Position numbers and translations under genes: made by a program. DNA of 63,502 bases, taken from NCBI GenBank assembly GCA_011109175.1, contig RDEW01000009.1, forward strand, positions 67,735 through 131,236, in the 5' to 3' direction. Source of the DNA: Dicyema japonicum (lineage: Eukaryota > Animalia > Dicyemida). The notes under the pieces were generated by a model. It was not told where the DNA came from and did not search any database. It worked only from the letters and a program-made list of their open reading frames with translations. Below, in pieces: positions 34,853 through 48,400 of this stretch (positions are counted from its first letter, which is position 1; each line of letters begins with the position of its first letter).

Positions 34853-36989
34853 GAATTTTTTCACTCTTGGTATTTTTGGTTAAATAAATTAAAAAAATTC
34901 ACAGTCGATTCTATCCACAAAAAAGGGCTCTCAAAAGCATGCTATTTGAACACAAAACGGAATGAAGATTTCCGATGAAGAGTACACCTATGCAACCTCT
35001 CAACCTGGAACAAAGATATTTTGACTGACTCTGAAGTGGAGATAAGGAATAACTGGGAGTATATAAGATATCAGACGTTAACCAAAGCCTTATTCCAAAT
35101 GTGCGACTAAAAAATTTTATACGAAAATCTGATATCAATCATATCTACAAGATCAGGACTAATCAATCTTGAGGTATAAGGACTATGAGCTATTTGTCAG
35201 GGTGAGATTCTTTATATTTTTTGTTAAGTTAATTTTAGTTTCAAAAATATCAAATTATGAAAACAGTTTAACCTAATTTTACTAAAAAATTCAAATATGA
35301 AAAGCTAGCTTATAATAGCTCTCAAGGTCATCTCTCTGGGGTCTCTATCACCAAGTCATTACGTAATAGCACATATGAGGCAGATCACAGCCATTCAGAC
35401 AAAAAGTCGCTATTTTCTAATCCACAGTCACACATATCCTCATAATAGTTTCTCCTGGTCTTTATTTAACCTTGCTTCAAACTTAATGCAGAGAGCAACT
35501 TTCTACATCACAACCATAATATAAAATCCTAAAAAAGAAATTAAAAATTAAAAAAAACTGGATCACAAGAAAATGTTATAAAGACTCAAGTCTCGCTTCG
35601 ATTTACCTCTCTAAATTCCTGCTAGTTCTCTGTTGGAAGAAGCAATTGGTTCTCAGGGTAAGATGCTATATCTTTTTGAACATTTGTGATTGTTAACTCA
35701 CTTTTAGTTTCCAATGAAAATTAAAATATTAGAACAGATTGACACATTTTTATGTAAAAAATTCAAATATGAATAATCTAACTTAAATAAAAGAAATTGA
35801 ATTGAATATTTATCAAAACCAAAAATAACCCCCAAAGAGAAACCAAGCTATCTAAGGTTGGAGCAGTCACGTTAAAATATTTTTGGTTTCAACTATAACG
35901 AAATAATATTAATCATTACAAATCAGGTCTAACAATCCCTGAAAGTTTCTCCACGTGATAACTTCGACGGTATATCTATTCCAATATAGGTAGGATGTAC
36001 TGTTCTACATTGTACTCAAATGTAAAGTTACGCTGAGTTTAGAATTTGGGAAATTGTTGATGCAATCACCTATACTCTGGTGAGTAAAGTCCTGATTGAC
36101 TGGAAGGTACCGACTGACTTTGTGGTTGTCTCCTCCTATGTCGATAGCGACCATGGTGGGATAATAATGCACTTTGAAGAAACTCGAGAAAAATTCGAAA
36201 TGAGAATCTTTCGCATCCAAAAAACAAACTTCCACCTAAAATAAAATTACAATTTCAACATCTTTAAGGTTTTCGATGACATTTTTCGTTAAATTAATTA
36301 ATTCATTTATTTTATGTGATTTTTTATTAACCAATATAACAACAACTTTTTTATTCCTCTGAAATATATCTTTATAGTTGAATTTACTCAGCCAATGTTG
36401 ACCTGTTATGCCTTCAAGGTAATTTCTCACACTATCGATATTTATTTCTCCTAAAATAGATTAAATTATGAGCTAACGATAATATATTTCAACGATTTCC
36501 CCATTTTTAAATAAGACATATGCTGGAACCTCTCTGATGCCGAATTTGTCGATTAAAATTTCATTATGATTCGCGTTCACAATTCCAAACTTCATTCTTT
36601 GTTGTGTCGGTTCTTTAGAAAGTAGGTGAAATTTACGACGTAGACTCAAATGATGAAAGGTTGCTTTAAAAAATTTTAGCTATAATTGTAGCAGAAATGA
36701 ATACTGAATTCAACGATATACCAATCTGCTGGACTAACTTCATCATAGAAATTTTGATGATCTAGACGTTTTACTTCCTGGAAAGTAAGGTCAATCAGAA
36801 AAAGATAAAGTAGATCATTATTACCTACTTTTATCAATTATCTATTATAAAGTTTGGTTTACCAATTTAATCTTAAAATAATTAATAAATTTTTATAATT
36901 TATTTTATAAAACATAAAAAATAAATCTGAAATTTGTTAGGTTTAAAAAATGTCATGCGGCTCTCCGACGACAACATGGTGGCATTTAG

Positions 36990-38170
36990 AAGAAAAGAGC
37001 CACACTCCCTTCTAATATGCTAAGTGCGGACCTTCACTGCATCTGCATACTCAACGATCCGGCTTTCCATACAAGAACGCCTACTAGACTTAACGATGAA
37101 CCTTCATCCATTGACATCTCACTATCCTTGGCCCCTCTTATTGACTGGTCAGTGAAATATGACACCAGTAGTGACCACAATCAAATATTTTTAGCAGTCA
37201 AAACGAGGTCACAGATAAAAGGATAGTGCCTGACGATAATTAATTACAGCTTTGCGAACTGGAATTACGTCGATACTTGCATTGGACTCTTGAATTTCCC
37301 CACTTTTCCCTCCGTCGAACAATTATTAAAATGGTTCAACTCTGCGAAAAGGAAGTACATTCCAATGGGCAGGCAACCTACGTCATCAAAACGTTTCAAC
37401 ACGACGACGAAACGTTTGATCAGAAAACAAAATAATCCAAAGATTATAAAATCGCCAACAGAAGAGAACATAAGAAAAATACGAGAACTGAACAGAGAGA
37501 TCGACAAAAACATCATGCAGAAAATGCTAATAGATGGCCGAGACTATCAAAATGCATGAACCCCCAATGCAGAAATTCTGGAAATGGATCAAGAACATCA
37601 AATGATTCTCCCCAGTGAGAAAAGGCGAAGTCTACATAAAACCCGACACTCAGATAAAATATTATACATCTATTTCCTACAAGAAGTTTTCAAACCAACA
37701 CTAAGTATTCCTGAAAAAGATTGATCCTCTCCTATGCCGACGATATAATTCGTGCCTCCAAAGACAAAAACATTCAATCAGCGACTCACTCCGCTCAAAA
37801 ATTTCCTGACAAGCTGGAACAAGGCTCTCGAAGCGGAGGTTCGACACATCAGAAACAAAGTCCTCTGACACGCTGTTTACCACTTACAAAATACAGCTCT
37901 GTCGAACCAAAAATCCTTATAAAGAACGAGGCTATTTATATTAACAAAACACCGAAGATTCTGGGAGTCTCCTTTGATCAAGGACTCTCCTTTATCCGAC
38001 ATGTTGAAAACAAAGTAACAAAATCTCATTTTCAGTTTAAAAAAAATTTTTTTTCTGCTCTGAAGAAACTCGGGATTCTCGACTATACTGACTCGTCCTC
38101 TCCCTTGTCGGTCTGGGATCACTTAGTTGGTTGATAACTTTTATTTCTTTATCTTTGACCCAGTGATCCT
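36990..38170 (+). mobile_element. Degenerate Ingi-like LINE
   Basis: SSIDISL...SSDHNQI (APE end), LSYADD, PKILGVSFD, and the family tail. Confidence 0.75.
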
Positions 38171-38529
38171 GGAGGTAATAATAATTATGATTAAAATACA
38201 TATTACTACTGACGTTGGAGACAAAACTGCAACTTTTCCTCAAGAATTAATGGAGTGTGCACGCAGTCATTATTCATTAACAAAACCGTTATTCTATTAG
38301 ATTAACAATCAAAACTCAAATTTGAAAATATAAGGCAATTTAAGATAATTGGATTAACTTTGGATTAAGTACCCGGGGAATCAACTATTTTACTAGTTCT
38401 TTGAGCGAATCTTTACTTGACATCCTGAGAGGGAATAGTCACGCTGTTAGGGCGGCTATCGTATGAATATGACTAGGGCAAACAGAAAATTGGTATTTTT
38501 TTAATAAAAATTACAATAGCGCTTCGGAG

Positions 38530-39460
38530 GAACACGTCTTAGGTCGGCGCTGGAGATCGCCTTTCCAGCATATGTGTTATCGCTCTCAAGTGGAAGCCTT
38601 TTGGTTCAAGATATCTTACGTTTTCCAACCGGACTTTCTTGAGAAAGAGTCTTCGACGAAGCTTGTCGCGAATGGTGTGAAACTGGTTTGGATATGCCGA
38701 ACGATCCTTCGAGGCAACGTGACTGGGATGATATCTACTCCAAGAATATCTTCGACGTGCTAAAGTCTGAGGCCAACCATGGGAGCGGAGCGTGGCTGGA
38801 TGCACTCTCGTGTTTTTCCTGGGGACTCTTTTGGACGATGACTTTATTCGGATTGCGATCGCACAACGCCTGGAAGTTTATGTTTGCGTCGAACACCTAT
38901 GTCGATGTGGAGGGATCGTCGATGCCAAAGGGCTGCACCCGCTCTCGTGCAAAAGGAGTGCAGGCACAGCACCCCGCCACGCTGCTATGAACAAAATTGT
39001 CATGCAAGCTCTTGAAGCGGCAGGCTTCCCGACAGTACTGGAGCCTGTGGGATTGGACCGCGGAGATAAGAAAAGACCGGATGGGTTAACTATCTTTCCG
39101 TTCACCAAGGGAAAATCGCTCGTATGGGACTGCACTGTTGTGGATTCATTCTCGAACTCGATGATACTCAGCTCGGCGCAGTCTGCTGGATTGGCAGCCG
39201 ATCTGGCTTAGAAAATCAAAATTAAAAAATATGTTGAAATACCGTTTTGTACTGGTGATAATCGAGACGTCTGGTGCGGTCGGAAGTATTACAGCCTCTT
39301 TCCTGAAGGAAATCAGGGGAAAATTAGCCCACCGCAAGGTAGACGTGCGGGTAGCGGTCTTGCTGAGAAACGCATTGGGATTGCAGTTATCCGAGGAAAC
39401 GCTTGCTCCGTAATGCCAGCAGCAGCTCTCCCCCATAGTTAATAAATAACATTTTATTGT
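38530..39460 (+). mobile_element. 5'-truncated CRE-like retrotransposon (subfamily B)
   Basis: GAWLDAL, LCRCGGIVDAKGLHPLSC...RH, LEPVGLDRGDKKRPDG, VWDCTVVD, ETSG, and end GIAVIRGNACSVMPAAALPHS*. Confidence 0.9.
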
Positions 39461-40159
39461 TAAATAAATTAATCCATTGAGAAAAAAGGTGGTAATTTAA
39501 TTTTTAAATCAAGCAAGCCAATCCTTGAAAACCATAAATTATGAATGGTTCAAGCTACTTCAACATCTTTGTTGCTTTCTTCCTTCTACCTTTGATATAA
39601 TTTTTCTAAGATCTCTTCTTTATATACAATCATTAATTCTCTTCCAATTCTTCCAAACCAAGAAACTATAAACTTTCCCCGAGACAAGGATAAACTTCTA
39701 TATCTTAAAATCATTGTGAATTTTCCATTCATATTTATAGTTGAGAAGCAATGTGTCAATGCTAAAACCATTGTGGATTTTTTATTGAGTCAAAGTACTA
39801 CAGGAAGACACGTTAATTTGTGTTTTTAGAAACAGTTATCATTCATAAATTGTTTCCAAAAGATAGGAACTTGATTAATTTGGGCCTCGATTTGTTAATA
39901 AATGATAATACTTTCAGTTCTCCAGGCTGAGTTTTTATGTAGTTCTCTTAGTAGATAGTAAATTTATTAATACTGGTTTATTCGGTTCTTCAACATTGAT
40001 TATTTAGTATCTTAATTTACGAAATTTCACATTGAATATACCTGGGGTTGTACTTACAATAAAAAATTATAACCACTCGGACTGTAGACCAATGGACTAA
40101 TATCGCGACACAAAGCCTCCAACAACTTCTCAAACTTTGCCATCAGAGACTTCATAACC

Positions 40160-40235
40160 TCATTATCCGCGGAACGCTTGCTCCGTGATGTCAGCAGCCG
40201 CTCTCCCCCATAGTTAATAAATAATATTTTATTGT
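40160..40235 (+). mobile_element. ~75-bp CRE subfamily B 3' tail
   Basis: Near-identical to 39385-39460 (IIRG.ACSVMSAAALPHS*). Confidence 0.8.
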
Positions 40236-40339
40236 TAACGGAATAACATGCAACGTGCTTTATTGTTAATAAAATTAAATAATTTTTTAGTTGCAAAAAA
40301 TTGTATTATGAAAAAACGAAATTATTATTGTAAAACAAA

Positions 40340-43330
40340 ATTTTTTTTTATAAATATTATCAAATGAATAAAAATTAAATTAAGGCATCTGAATGGCCAT
40401 GCTATTTCCCCTAACAATAGCCAACGAGATACGTTCTCGGAACCAACCAGTCTCTCGCGGATCCTTGGTCACAGCTTGAATCATGGAGCCGATCTTACGA
40501 ACCAACTCATCTGCTTGGGGGCCAAGGATTCCTGACGTTTCCACCGCGAATGGAACAAAAAGATACTCCTCCGAAATTCTCTGGTACTTCCTCCTCTTTC
40601 GTTCCTCGGCCTGCTTTGAAGCATGTCCTGGGTCTGAAGCAGAAGCAACCAAATTAGACGGGGAATAAGTATCAACACACGTCGCGTCCCAGATCAGGTT
40701 TCGTCCGTTGGCGAATGGAAAAGTCGTCATCCCATCAGGGCGTTTTCCATCGTTTCGGGAAAGACCAGCAGGTTCTAACAGGCAATGGTGTCCAGCAGAG
40801 GCAAGGGAATTCTTTAATGTCATGTTAAGACAGGAGTGCCTGGGGAAACGACCCGCACTCATCTTGCATGACAAGGGATGATAACCAAAAGGATCGATCC
40901 AACGTCCACAGCGGCATTTTCTTTCGGCACACAATTTAAGACCAAGACGAAGCGAGGTAGCTATTCTCACAGCCTCATCATCCAACAGGTTTCCAATTTC
41001 GGCAGATGGATAAGCGTTCATCCAGGCCCCCGTCGAGTGACAACTGGCTGTTTTGAGGCAGGCAAGCCTTCTTACATCTTCCGTCTTTTCAAGGGACTCT
41101 TTCTTCTTTTCGAAGACACAAAACAAATAAGACTTTTGCTTATCACAATTGGCCGGAGCATTCAGATACAAATTCATCCATTCATCCCAGGCTCCCGACG
41201 GTGTCAGCGGTACGTTTATTCCGGAAGTAGAGTGAAGGACCGTATCCACTAAACGCCTTGACGAGCCGAACGAAGATAAATAGGCGCCCAAAGCAACGTC
41301 CGAAGGAAGAGAAAGACCCAAACCACCGTAGGCTACAGGGAGTGAGGCCTGTAACCATCCGAAATCATCAAAACAAACATTAAGAATGGACCCCATCGTT
41401 GACCGGATATCCATATCAATTAACGATAGAAGATCTTTTTCGGCGTAGCATGGGGATCCCCGTAGAATAAAAAGGAGTCTTGGGAGAAGGAGACAATTCT
41501 TCAGCATAAAAAAGGCGACATGACGGTCCAAAAAACTCATCCTGTCGGCATACTGACGTAAATTAGTCCTCTTGCCTTCCAATAACTCCCTCACCCGGTT
41601 TACCAAAATCCCACACCCAAGGAAGTCGAGAGAATCAATATGAGTCTCCTTAACCCCTGGGATGATATCGCAGAGTTTTCTATGAAAAAGGTAGAATGAA
41701 TCGGAACTCAAATTCAGATTAATTGCTTCGCACTTTTCATTGTTAAATTCCAGACCGATTTTTCCACACAAACGTCTGATCGATGCAACTTTGGAGAGAA
41801 TATCATCGGGACTTCCACCGAGAATACAATCGTCCAGATACCAGACGTTTAGTGGAGTGCAACGGTCCTGGGCAATATGGTCGATAGACAAGGAAAATAG
41901 AAGAGGACCGAGTGGGTCCCCCTGTTGAACTCCGGATCCGGACGAAATAATTCCACTGCCAAAAACAAGAGGGGATGGATCCGAATACGCGAGATATACA
42001 AAGGGATAAATCTGAGGAATCCTCCTCCTACAGGTATCAAGGACGGTGTCCCTTCTGACTGAATTGAAGGCATTCCGGAGGTCCAATTTGAATAAAACTC
42101 TGTCCTCAACATTCAATTCAGCTGATTGTGACGCAAATTCTCTCACTGCGTGGATCCCAGCTTCACAGCCGCCATTGATTCCGACACCAAGCTGCGAAGG
42201 ACAAAATTCGGCTGAAATTCGGGAGATAACAAAACGACAAGCCATTTTTGCGGATAAACGTCGAAATACGTTTCCAATTGCAATGGGGCGAATACCACCA
42301 TCTTTCTTTCCAAGGCCCGTTAGATTCGCCGAAAAGAGGAGATTCCGACCAAAATCGGAAACGTTTCCGGAAAGCATGCGAGCTACGAGATCCCGGGTTC
42401 GCTCCAAGAGTAGCGATCCAGGCGTGACGACAGAATGAGTCACCAAGTCTGACAGATGGCCAGGTTTGAGACCGTCAACTCCCCTACTGCTACTTTTTCG
42501 GAAATAACGAAGAGCGTAGTAAATGGCTGAAGTGGAAATATCATGCATAGATTGTTCTGGACGAACAGGTTTACAAAAGTCTTATGGTTCAGGAGGATGT
42601 TTCTGTCCCAACATACAGAGTGTCTCCTGAGTGGCTTTCACCGGGTCAGAATCCGTACAAACAGTTCGAACTGCAGCAGTAAGATCGCCTTCCATCAATT
42701 TCCTCCTGACACGAGAGCGAAGCCTCTCAGGAGCCATACTGGATTGTGTGGAATTGGACTTTGGGAAGTAATCAACTGGGGAAACAAATAATTCTTCAGC
42801 CAGGGACTCCCATGAATCCATAAAGGCACTCACGCGCTTCTTCAGGACATGGGATAGAGAGGGTTTCCGAGAAGATGGGGCAGGCTTACGCTCTAACCCC
42901 ATAGCCAGGACAGGGAAAGAGAAAAGAACCATCCAATCCTTTTTCGAGCCATTGGACACAGCTTTCTCAATGCAAGAAGAAAGGGCAGAAGCAATTGAGA
43001 TCCGGGAAGCCTTGGGGATCCTGACAGGGATAATCTTCCTTTGTCGCGTGTTTGATAATAAAACCAGAAAATCCTCCGGAGACATGGCTTCCAGAAGATC
43101 TGATACAGATGATGATGACACAAAATGATCATGAGGTTCAATTTTAGTGAGTTCCAGACGGCACGACCACGAGGGAAGTGATCAAGCAATTTTCTTGGAT
43201 AGTTTTTCACAACCTATGTGGTAGTTACCAACACATACAGAGCATCGAATCCCGCACTTGCGAGAATTGGATACTCTGCACCCTTTGCATGAGGTGTCTT
43301 CGTGTAGTACATCATAAAAAGACATGAATA
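40340..43330 (-). mobile_element. Near-intact CRE-like RLE retrotransposon
   Basis: A single frame runs 43325-40380 (982 codons) with only two internal stops (TGA 43184-43182, TAA 42584-42582). N-terminal PHD-like finger, RT (GVQQGDPLGPLLF, WYLDD), C-terminal zinc knuckle (CRC...HPLSC...RH), RLE (RPDG, WDATC, ETSG). A-run after the 3' UTR. Confidence 0.93.
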
Positions 43331-43399
43331 GATAATAGGAGAGAAACTGTATATATTAACGACGACAACAACGACCGATAATTAGCACTAGGTTAATAC

Positions 43400-44790
43400 A
43401 AAATTAACTTGATTTATTTTCTCCCTAAAGATGTATCCAAAGCAATATCAAATCAGAAAAAACAAACTCATGTGCCCAGACGGAATTCCTTTTATTCTGC
43501 TGAAACACTTGGGCCCAGCATCAATAAATGCATTATCAATCATCTACAACACATCGCTGAACATAAATACCATACCGACTCTATGGAAACTATCAAAATT
43601 CGACCAATATTGAAGCCGGGAAGACCGAAGAACGATCCCGCCTCTTACAGACCAGTTTCCTTTATATGTGTTTTGTCGAGGATCCTGGAGAAACTGGTCC
43701 TAAAAGTTATTCGCCCTTCTCTCTCACAACCTACATTCCAACATGGCTTCAAGGAAGGATTATCAACAACCTCCTTCCTAACAACATTAATGAAGTTCAT
43801 AACTGAAGGACACAAGAACAAGCCAAAACAGGAAAAATCGGTCATATGTACGATCGACATTCAAAAAGCTTTCGACCTGTCCCAAGGAAGATCCTCTTAC
43901 GAAAAATATTTTTGACAAAAATTGATGCACCATTAAAGTTATGGTTAGCAAATTTCGTAAGTGGACGCCGAGGGAAAGTATCCGTCGGAAACAAGAGTTC
44001 CAGATCGGGATTATTACCCAATGGTGTACCCCAAGGATCTCCTCTGTCACCAATCCTTTTTAATTTGTTTTTGAGTGATCTCCCGTACCTATGAATAATA
44101 ATGACATGCTACTTTCTTATGCCGATGACATAGTTGTCGCATCTAGAGACGTAAATGTCGAACATGCTAAAGAAAGGACTACAAGGAATACTAAATAACG
44201 TTGTGCGAAAATCGATTAAATGCATGTTCCGAAAAGTCAGCAGTCATTCTATTTACTAAGAATAGAAAGATGGGAACGCAAACAATTGATGTCACGTTAA
44301 ATGGAGTACCTATACCACAAAAGAAATCGCAGAAGATACTGGGAGTAACTTTTGATACTTTCCTCTGCTTCTCAGCCCATGTGGAATCTATCATATCAAC
44401 CTGTGCAAAGAAGATCAATTTTGCAAAGGCCTTCCTTTGGAACTGTGGAGGAATTTATCCGCCAGGTATCGGGACCCTCTACAAGCAGTATGTCGAGCCA
44501 ACAATAGGCTATGCATGTGCTGCATGGGGATCTAACCTGTCGGCAACAAACCTAGCAAAAATTCAAGAGATCCAGTCAAGAGCAAAAAATTACTAGAAAA
44601 ATATACAGATAAAAAATTGCCCCCAGAGCACTCGAGTCTATCATAGAGGCAATGGAGGCAATTTCAGAAGAGGAAAGGAAAAAGACCGCCCGTATAGAAA
44701 ATGCGTGGGATCACGGTCAGAGCATCGAGAAAAAATGGCCCGATTATTGAGAGATGCCGGGATCACCTGAATATTAGTTATTGGTTAAGA
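43400..44790 (+). mobile_element. 5'-truncated Ingi/Jockey-like LINE (RT), frameshifted
   Basis: DPASYRPVS, QHGFK, IDIQKAFD, GVPQGSPLSP, tatgccgatgac (YADD), KILGVTFD, and the GIT* tail. Confidence 0.85.
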
Positions 44791-45169
44791 CGGTGTTTCT
44801 TTGGCTTAAATAATAATAATAATAAAAAATATTCCTGAATATTTTCAGGTTTAAACTTTCGATCTTTAGAATTTTCGTCAAAGAGATATCCTTTCAACTA
44901 AGGCTGAGCTTCCGCAACAACTTCGAAGGTATGAGTAAATTTCTAGAGAAAGATTTTCATTTGAGAAATCGAGAATAGTTAGTATACCAGATTATTGAAA
45001 CTTTTTGACATATAATTTTTTATATTGCACCGATCTGATGAAAATTCTAAGTTTTTTAATTGAATAATCGAATAGTTAGGTATTTGAAATCATTTCAATT
45101 AAAATCAAATCGTTTGAACTGATTTCGGTTTAACAGGATAACAACGACATACACCCAAGAAAAAAAAGA

Positions 45170-45300
45170 AGTGAAGAGCATTCCTTGGTTCTCCCTCTAC
45201 GATTAGTTATTATAACTTTTCTTTACTTAAATAAAGTGTGTGTTCTGCACGAGCGAAACCCTAGGAATTTTACGTGCTTATGGCAACGCGGGAGGACTTA
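45170..45300 (+). repeat. Copy of the 33740-33860 repeat
   Basis: Direct similarity. Confidence 0.8.
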
Positions 45301-45384
45301 CTTTTATTAAGAAAACAACATGGGAATATTTACTGATTCTTCGTCCTAAAAAATTCAAAATCGAAATTTTAATAATTAAAAATC

Positions 45385-45960
45385 GAATTAAAAGCTCTTA
45401 GGATATGTCTAAAGAGCTGCCATTTCGCCGAAGTAACTTTATTCCCAATCTTTGTTGTTTGAGTAATTCTATATAGCTCGTTGTTGGTCACTTGGTTTGG
45501 CCAGTAGACTCCCAAAAGAAGTCGTAGTTGTTTTCTGTGGAAAGAGTTGAAGTTTTCCAGTTTTTTGGTGGTTAGGCCCCAGGTCCCCGCGTTATAAAGT
45601 AGAATTGGTTCGATAAAGGAGTTGTACAACCGAATTCGAAGGCGAATGCCTATGTACTTTCGTCGCATCCAGATCTCCCACAATTTTTTGAAAGACGATC
45701 GCCAAAACTTTCCTGTGAATAACGTCCTCCGAGTCCCCGAGGAGAGATCAAACTTTCTTGCATATTCTCCACTTTTTCTCGTTTCTCGTCGTGCAACAGG
45801 ATATGCTAGTTCTTTCCGTTTTGTCTGGGTTTACTACCAGGGACCAGTACTCCAAGCCTTGAGGGATCACTTTTAGTATGTTTCCAGCGTATCCCTATCT
45901 CGGCAGACAAAATCAATATCATCGGCGTAGATTACCTCCATCACGTTAGAGAAACAATTT
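45385..45960 (-). mobile_element. RTE-like RT C-terminal fragment
   Basis: YADDIDFV and ILLYNAGTWG...FHRKQLR. A short second copy lies at ~58330-58410. Confidence 0.8.
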
Positions 45961-46019
45961 TTCGGCCAGGTCTGAATCCACTGACGTGGAAAAGATTTGG
46001 ATAAAAAAATTTCATTGAG

Positions 46020-46920
46020 GTCCCAGCCAAAATTAGATTTATTCCTACTACTTGTCATATATCTTGCGGCATCTGTGATGAATAAGACTAACTTTTTTCG
46101 AATCAGAGTAATTAAAAAGCGAGTTCCGTTGACTTGAGCTTTATCGCAAACCAGAAAAACATATTCCCCACTATTAAATAACTTCAAAAAATAACATTAA
46201 TTAATTCTGAATAGTATTTACTTCATATTTTGATATTTGGTTTTTACATATAGATTAGGATGACAATTCATTTGTATCATCTTGAAAAAGGCGTATGGGA
46301 GAAGGGTGTCATCTTGTAAATTGGAAAATTTGCCTCTTGTTACTTTCATAGCCCAACTTTTCAGTGTCGGTTATCTATGAAATGTTTGTGAACTCTGAGA
46401 AGGGCTGTTATGTTATGTTGTCCAATTAAGTCGCGTACGACCCTTGGAGATCTCATGAACGAGTTTCCTCCACTCTCCCCGATCCGTTGCAATTTGGAAT
46501 AGCCTTGATATAGGTATTCCCGTGACGTCTTCCACCGTGGATAGCCACCGAGTCCTCGGTCGGCCAGGTCTTCTCTTCCCAGTAATATTGTTCAGCATAA
46601 TGGTTCTTTCCAGGGAATCAGAGCAGACAACATGCCCAAAGTACGGCAATCTGTGTTTTACGATTCTTCCTTCTAGCGAAATGTTTGTCTCCAAGAAGGG
46701 CTGTACGTTTCTATAATTTTAAACTCAAAAAATACTGTGCCCTTTTGAATGTCTTTTTGTAGAACAATGTTCATCAACAAAATTTTTTTTCTTAGAGAAC
46801 AACAGTCGAGCAATTAAACAAAATAAATTCCTCTCCCCGTCAATAAAAAACTCTGGGATTTTTTTTGCATAAAAAAAATTTTCTGTGAAATAGTCCTTTA
46901 CCCATACAACATACAATGCA
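46020..46920 (-). mobile_element. Degenerate hAT-like (DUF659/CGGBP1-type) transposase remnant, interrupted by an RTE tail
   Basis: FFIDGERNLFC...DEHCSTKRH (BED-like finger) and LVLFITDAARYM (catalytic D region). Confidence 0.5.
46410..46700 (-). mobile_element. RTE (BovB-like) 3' end fragment
   Basis: RLPYFGHV, GKRRPGRPRTRW, DRGEWR and RTRLN are typical RTE C-terminal motifs. Confidence 0.85.
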
Positions 46921-47215
46921 CGTCTTTTATAAATTTTTATTCTTAATTAATTTTAAATCATTTTATTTTTTTCAGCATGAAAATATTATGAAAGATAGGA
47001 AATATCAAAATCAACAATTAATATATCAACAACTTTATTTCCAAAAAACAGGATAAATATGAGTAGTTGTTACTTTTTTCACGTATTTGATTACCGCTTT
47101 TATGTAAACCAAAGAACTCTTAACAACTAACAAAGTAAAGTAATTTCACTGTAGGATTTACAACAAAAAGTAATATAAGGGAAACTTTCTAGAAATGTAT
47201 AGTTATAGTCTATAC

Positions 47216-47270
47216 CTGGGGTCGGCAACCGTGGCTCTTTGAGTTTTTATGTGGCTCTTTAAGTTATCAA
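47216..47270 (+). mobile_element. Possible solo hAT terminus
   Basis: c(t)ggggtcggcaacc..ggctc resembles hAT TIRs and is preceded by gtcTAtac. No partner end was seen. Confidence 0.35.
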
Positions 47271-47559
47271 AATTGATTATTTACACCACCAATAAAAACG
47301 AAAACATGAAAGCCACACCTTGGCTATAAAATAAACAAAGAAGGCACACTATTTTGAAAGCAAGGGATATTCACTACCGAAACGTTATATTGATGTTGTC
47401 CATTCTTATGATTTCGGTTATTTCGGGTTTATCTTGGTTTATGATTTTGAACCATTTACCCAATTTGTTTAGTGTATTTTTCACTATAGATCACAGGTGG
47501 CATTTTTTTATTTTTGAGCTGTTGCACACCGTTACCTATGGTCCACTATCGACCTTACT

Positions 47560-48400
47560 CCACAAAATCCGAATGGCTGGCTGACAGGTAGTTTCCTGCG
47601 GGATTTTTTAAGCGGTCCAAAGCGACAAATTCAAAACTTTGCGTATGTGCTTAACAATATGAGTGGACGTAGGCTTTTTAGTGATCCTTTTGGTTTGTTA
47701 GGATTTTGTATAAGTGTCAATATCCCGTTTCCCAGTGGTAGGACCTAGTTAGATGTAAACATTCCATTAAATATTGTCGTAATCGTTTCGAAGAGACGTA
47801 TAGGTCCATATTTCAGCAGTTCCGGGGAGATAACATCCGATCCAGCGCTCCCTTGATTCTTTAGTTTATTTCGCGCACTCAGAACTTCCTTGGATTTGAT
47901 AATTGTTTCCAGCATCAACGGTTCTCAGATGAAAGGGCCTAGTTCATAGCCGTTCACATCGAGCAGTTTTTCAAAATGAAAAGTAATCAATTCGATCTAA
48001 TCGTCTGCATTTGAGATAAATTTCCCCTTCCTATCAATAACATGTACTGTCGGTTTTTTCTTTCCTCGCATGAGTCTGACTGCAGCGAACAATTGTGCAT
48101 TGTCCTTTAGTGGCTCCAGCTCATTTAAATGTGCTTTATTAAGCCTCAATTATTTTCTTGATAATATTTGTCCGCTCGAAGTTTGTCTTCGATGTGCATA
48201 TCCGTCGTATTTAGTCTCTGTATACATAATTCTCGTAGTTGTTCTGCCAGTAATAAGGAGTCTTGGTGGGCCAGTGACATGTTTCCAGCTGTCCGCTGTC
48301 TCATTCCATGGTGGGTGTTTGCAGGAAGACAAATAATGCTTTTACTCTGGCCTCATAGGTCTTTTATAGTCATATTAGTCGGTAGTGTATTTAGATGGCT
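47560..48400 (-). mobile_element. Degenerate RTE-like fragment (APE end to RT start)
   Basis: Conceptual fragments such as SELLKYGP and LRPLILLS match the 11-13.8 kb element. Confidence 0.55.

Noticed and set aside
36005-36235. Possible LTR-retrotransposon RT (LDAKD)
   Set aside because: Only one weak motif, with no YxDD, LTRs or integrase nearby.
40054-40296. Apparent secreted peptide precursor (hydrophobic N-terminus, RSKRSA site)
   Set aside because: It starts at TTG, and the RSKR part is the antisense of a CRE 3' tail (40160-40235) joined to AT-rich flank.
23966-42584. TAA/TAG reassigned to Gln, suggested by EDL*WS in GRWD1 and single in-frame TAAs in GRWD1 and CRE
   Set aside because: Several hundred spliced ZYG-11 codons and the 458-aa MULE use CAA/CAG with no in-frame TAR. 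Proteins end in TAA/TAG at expected positions, TGA stops also interrupt decayed ORFs, and C-to-T nonsense changes explain the cases.
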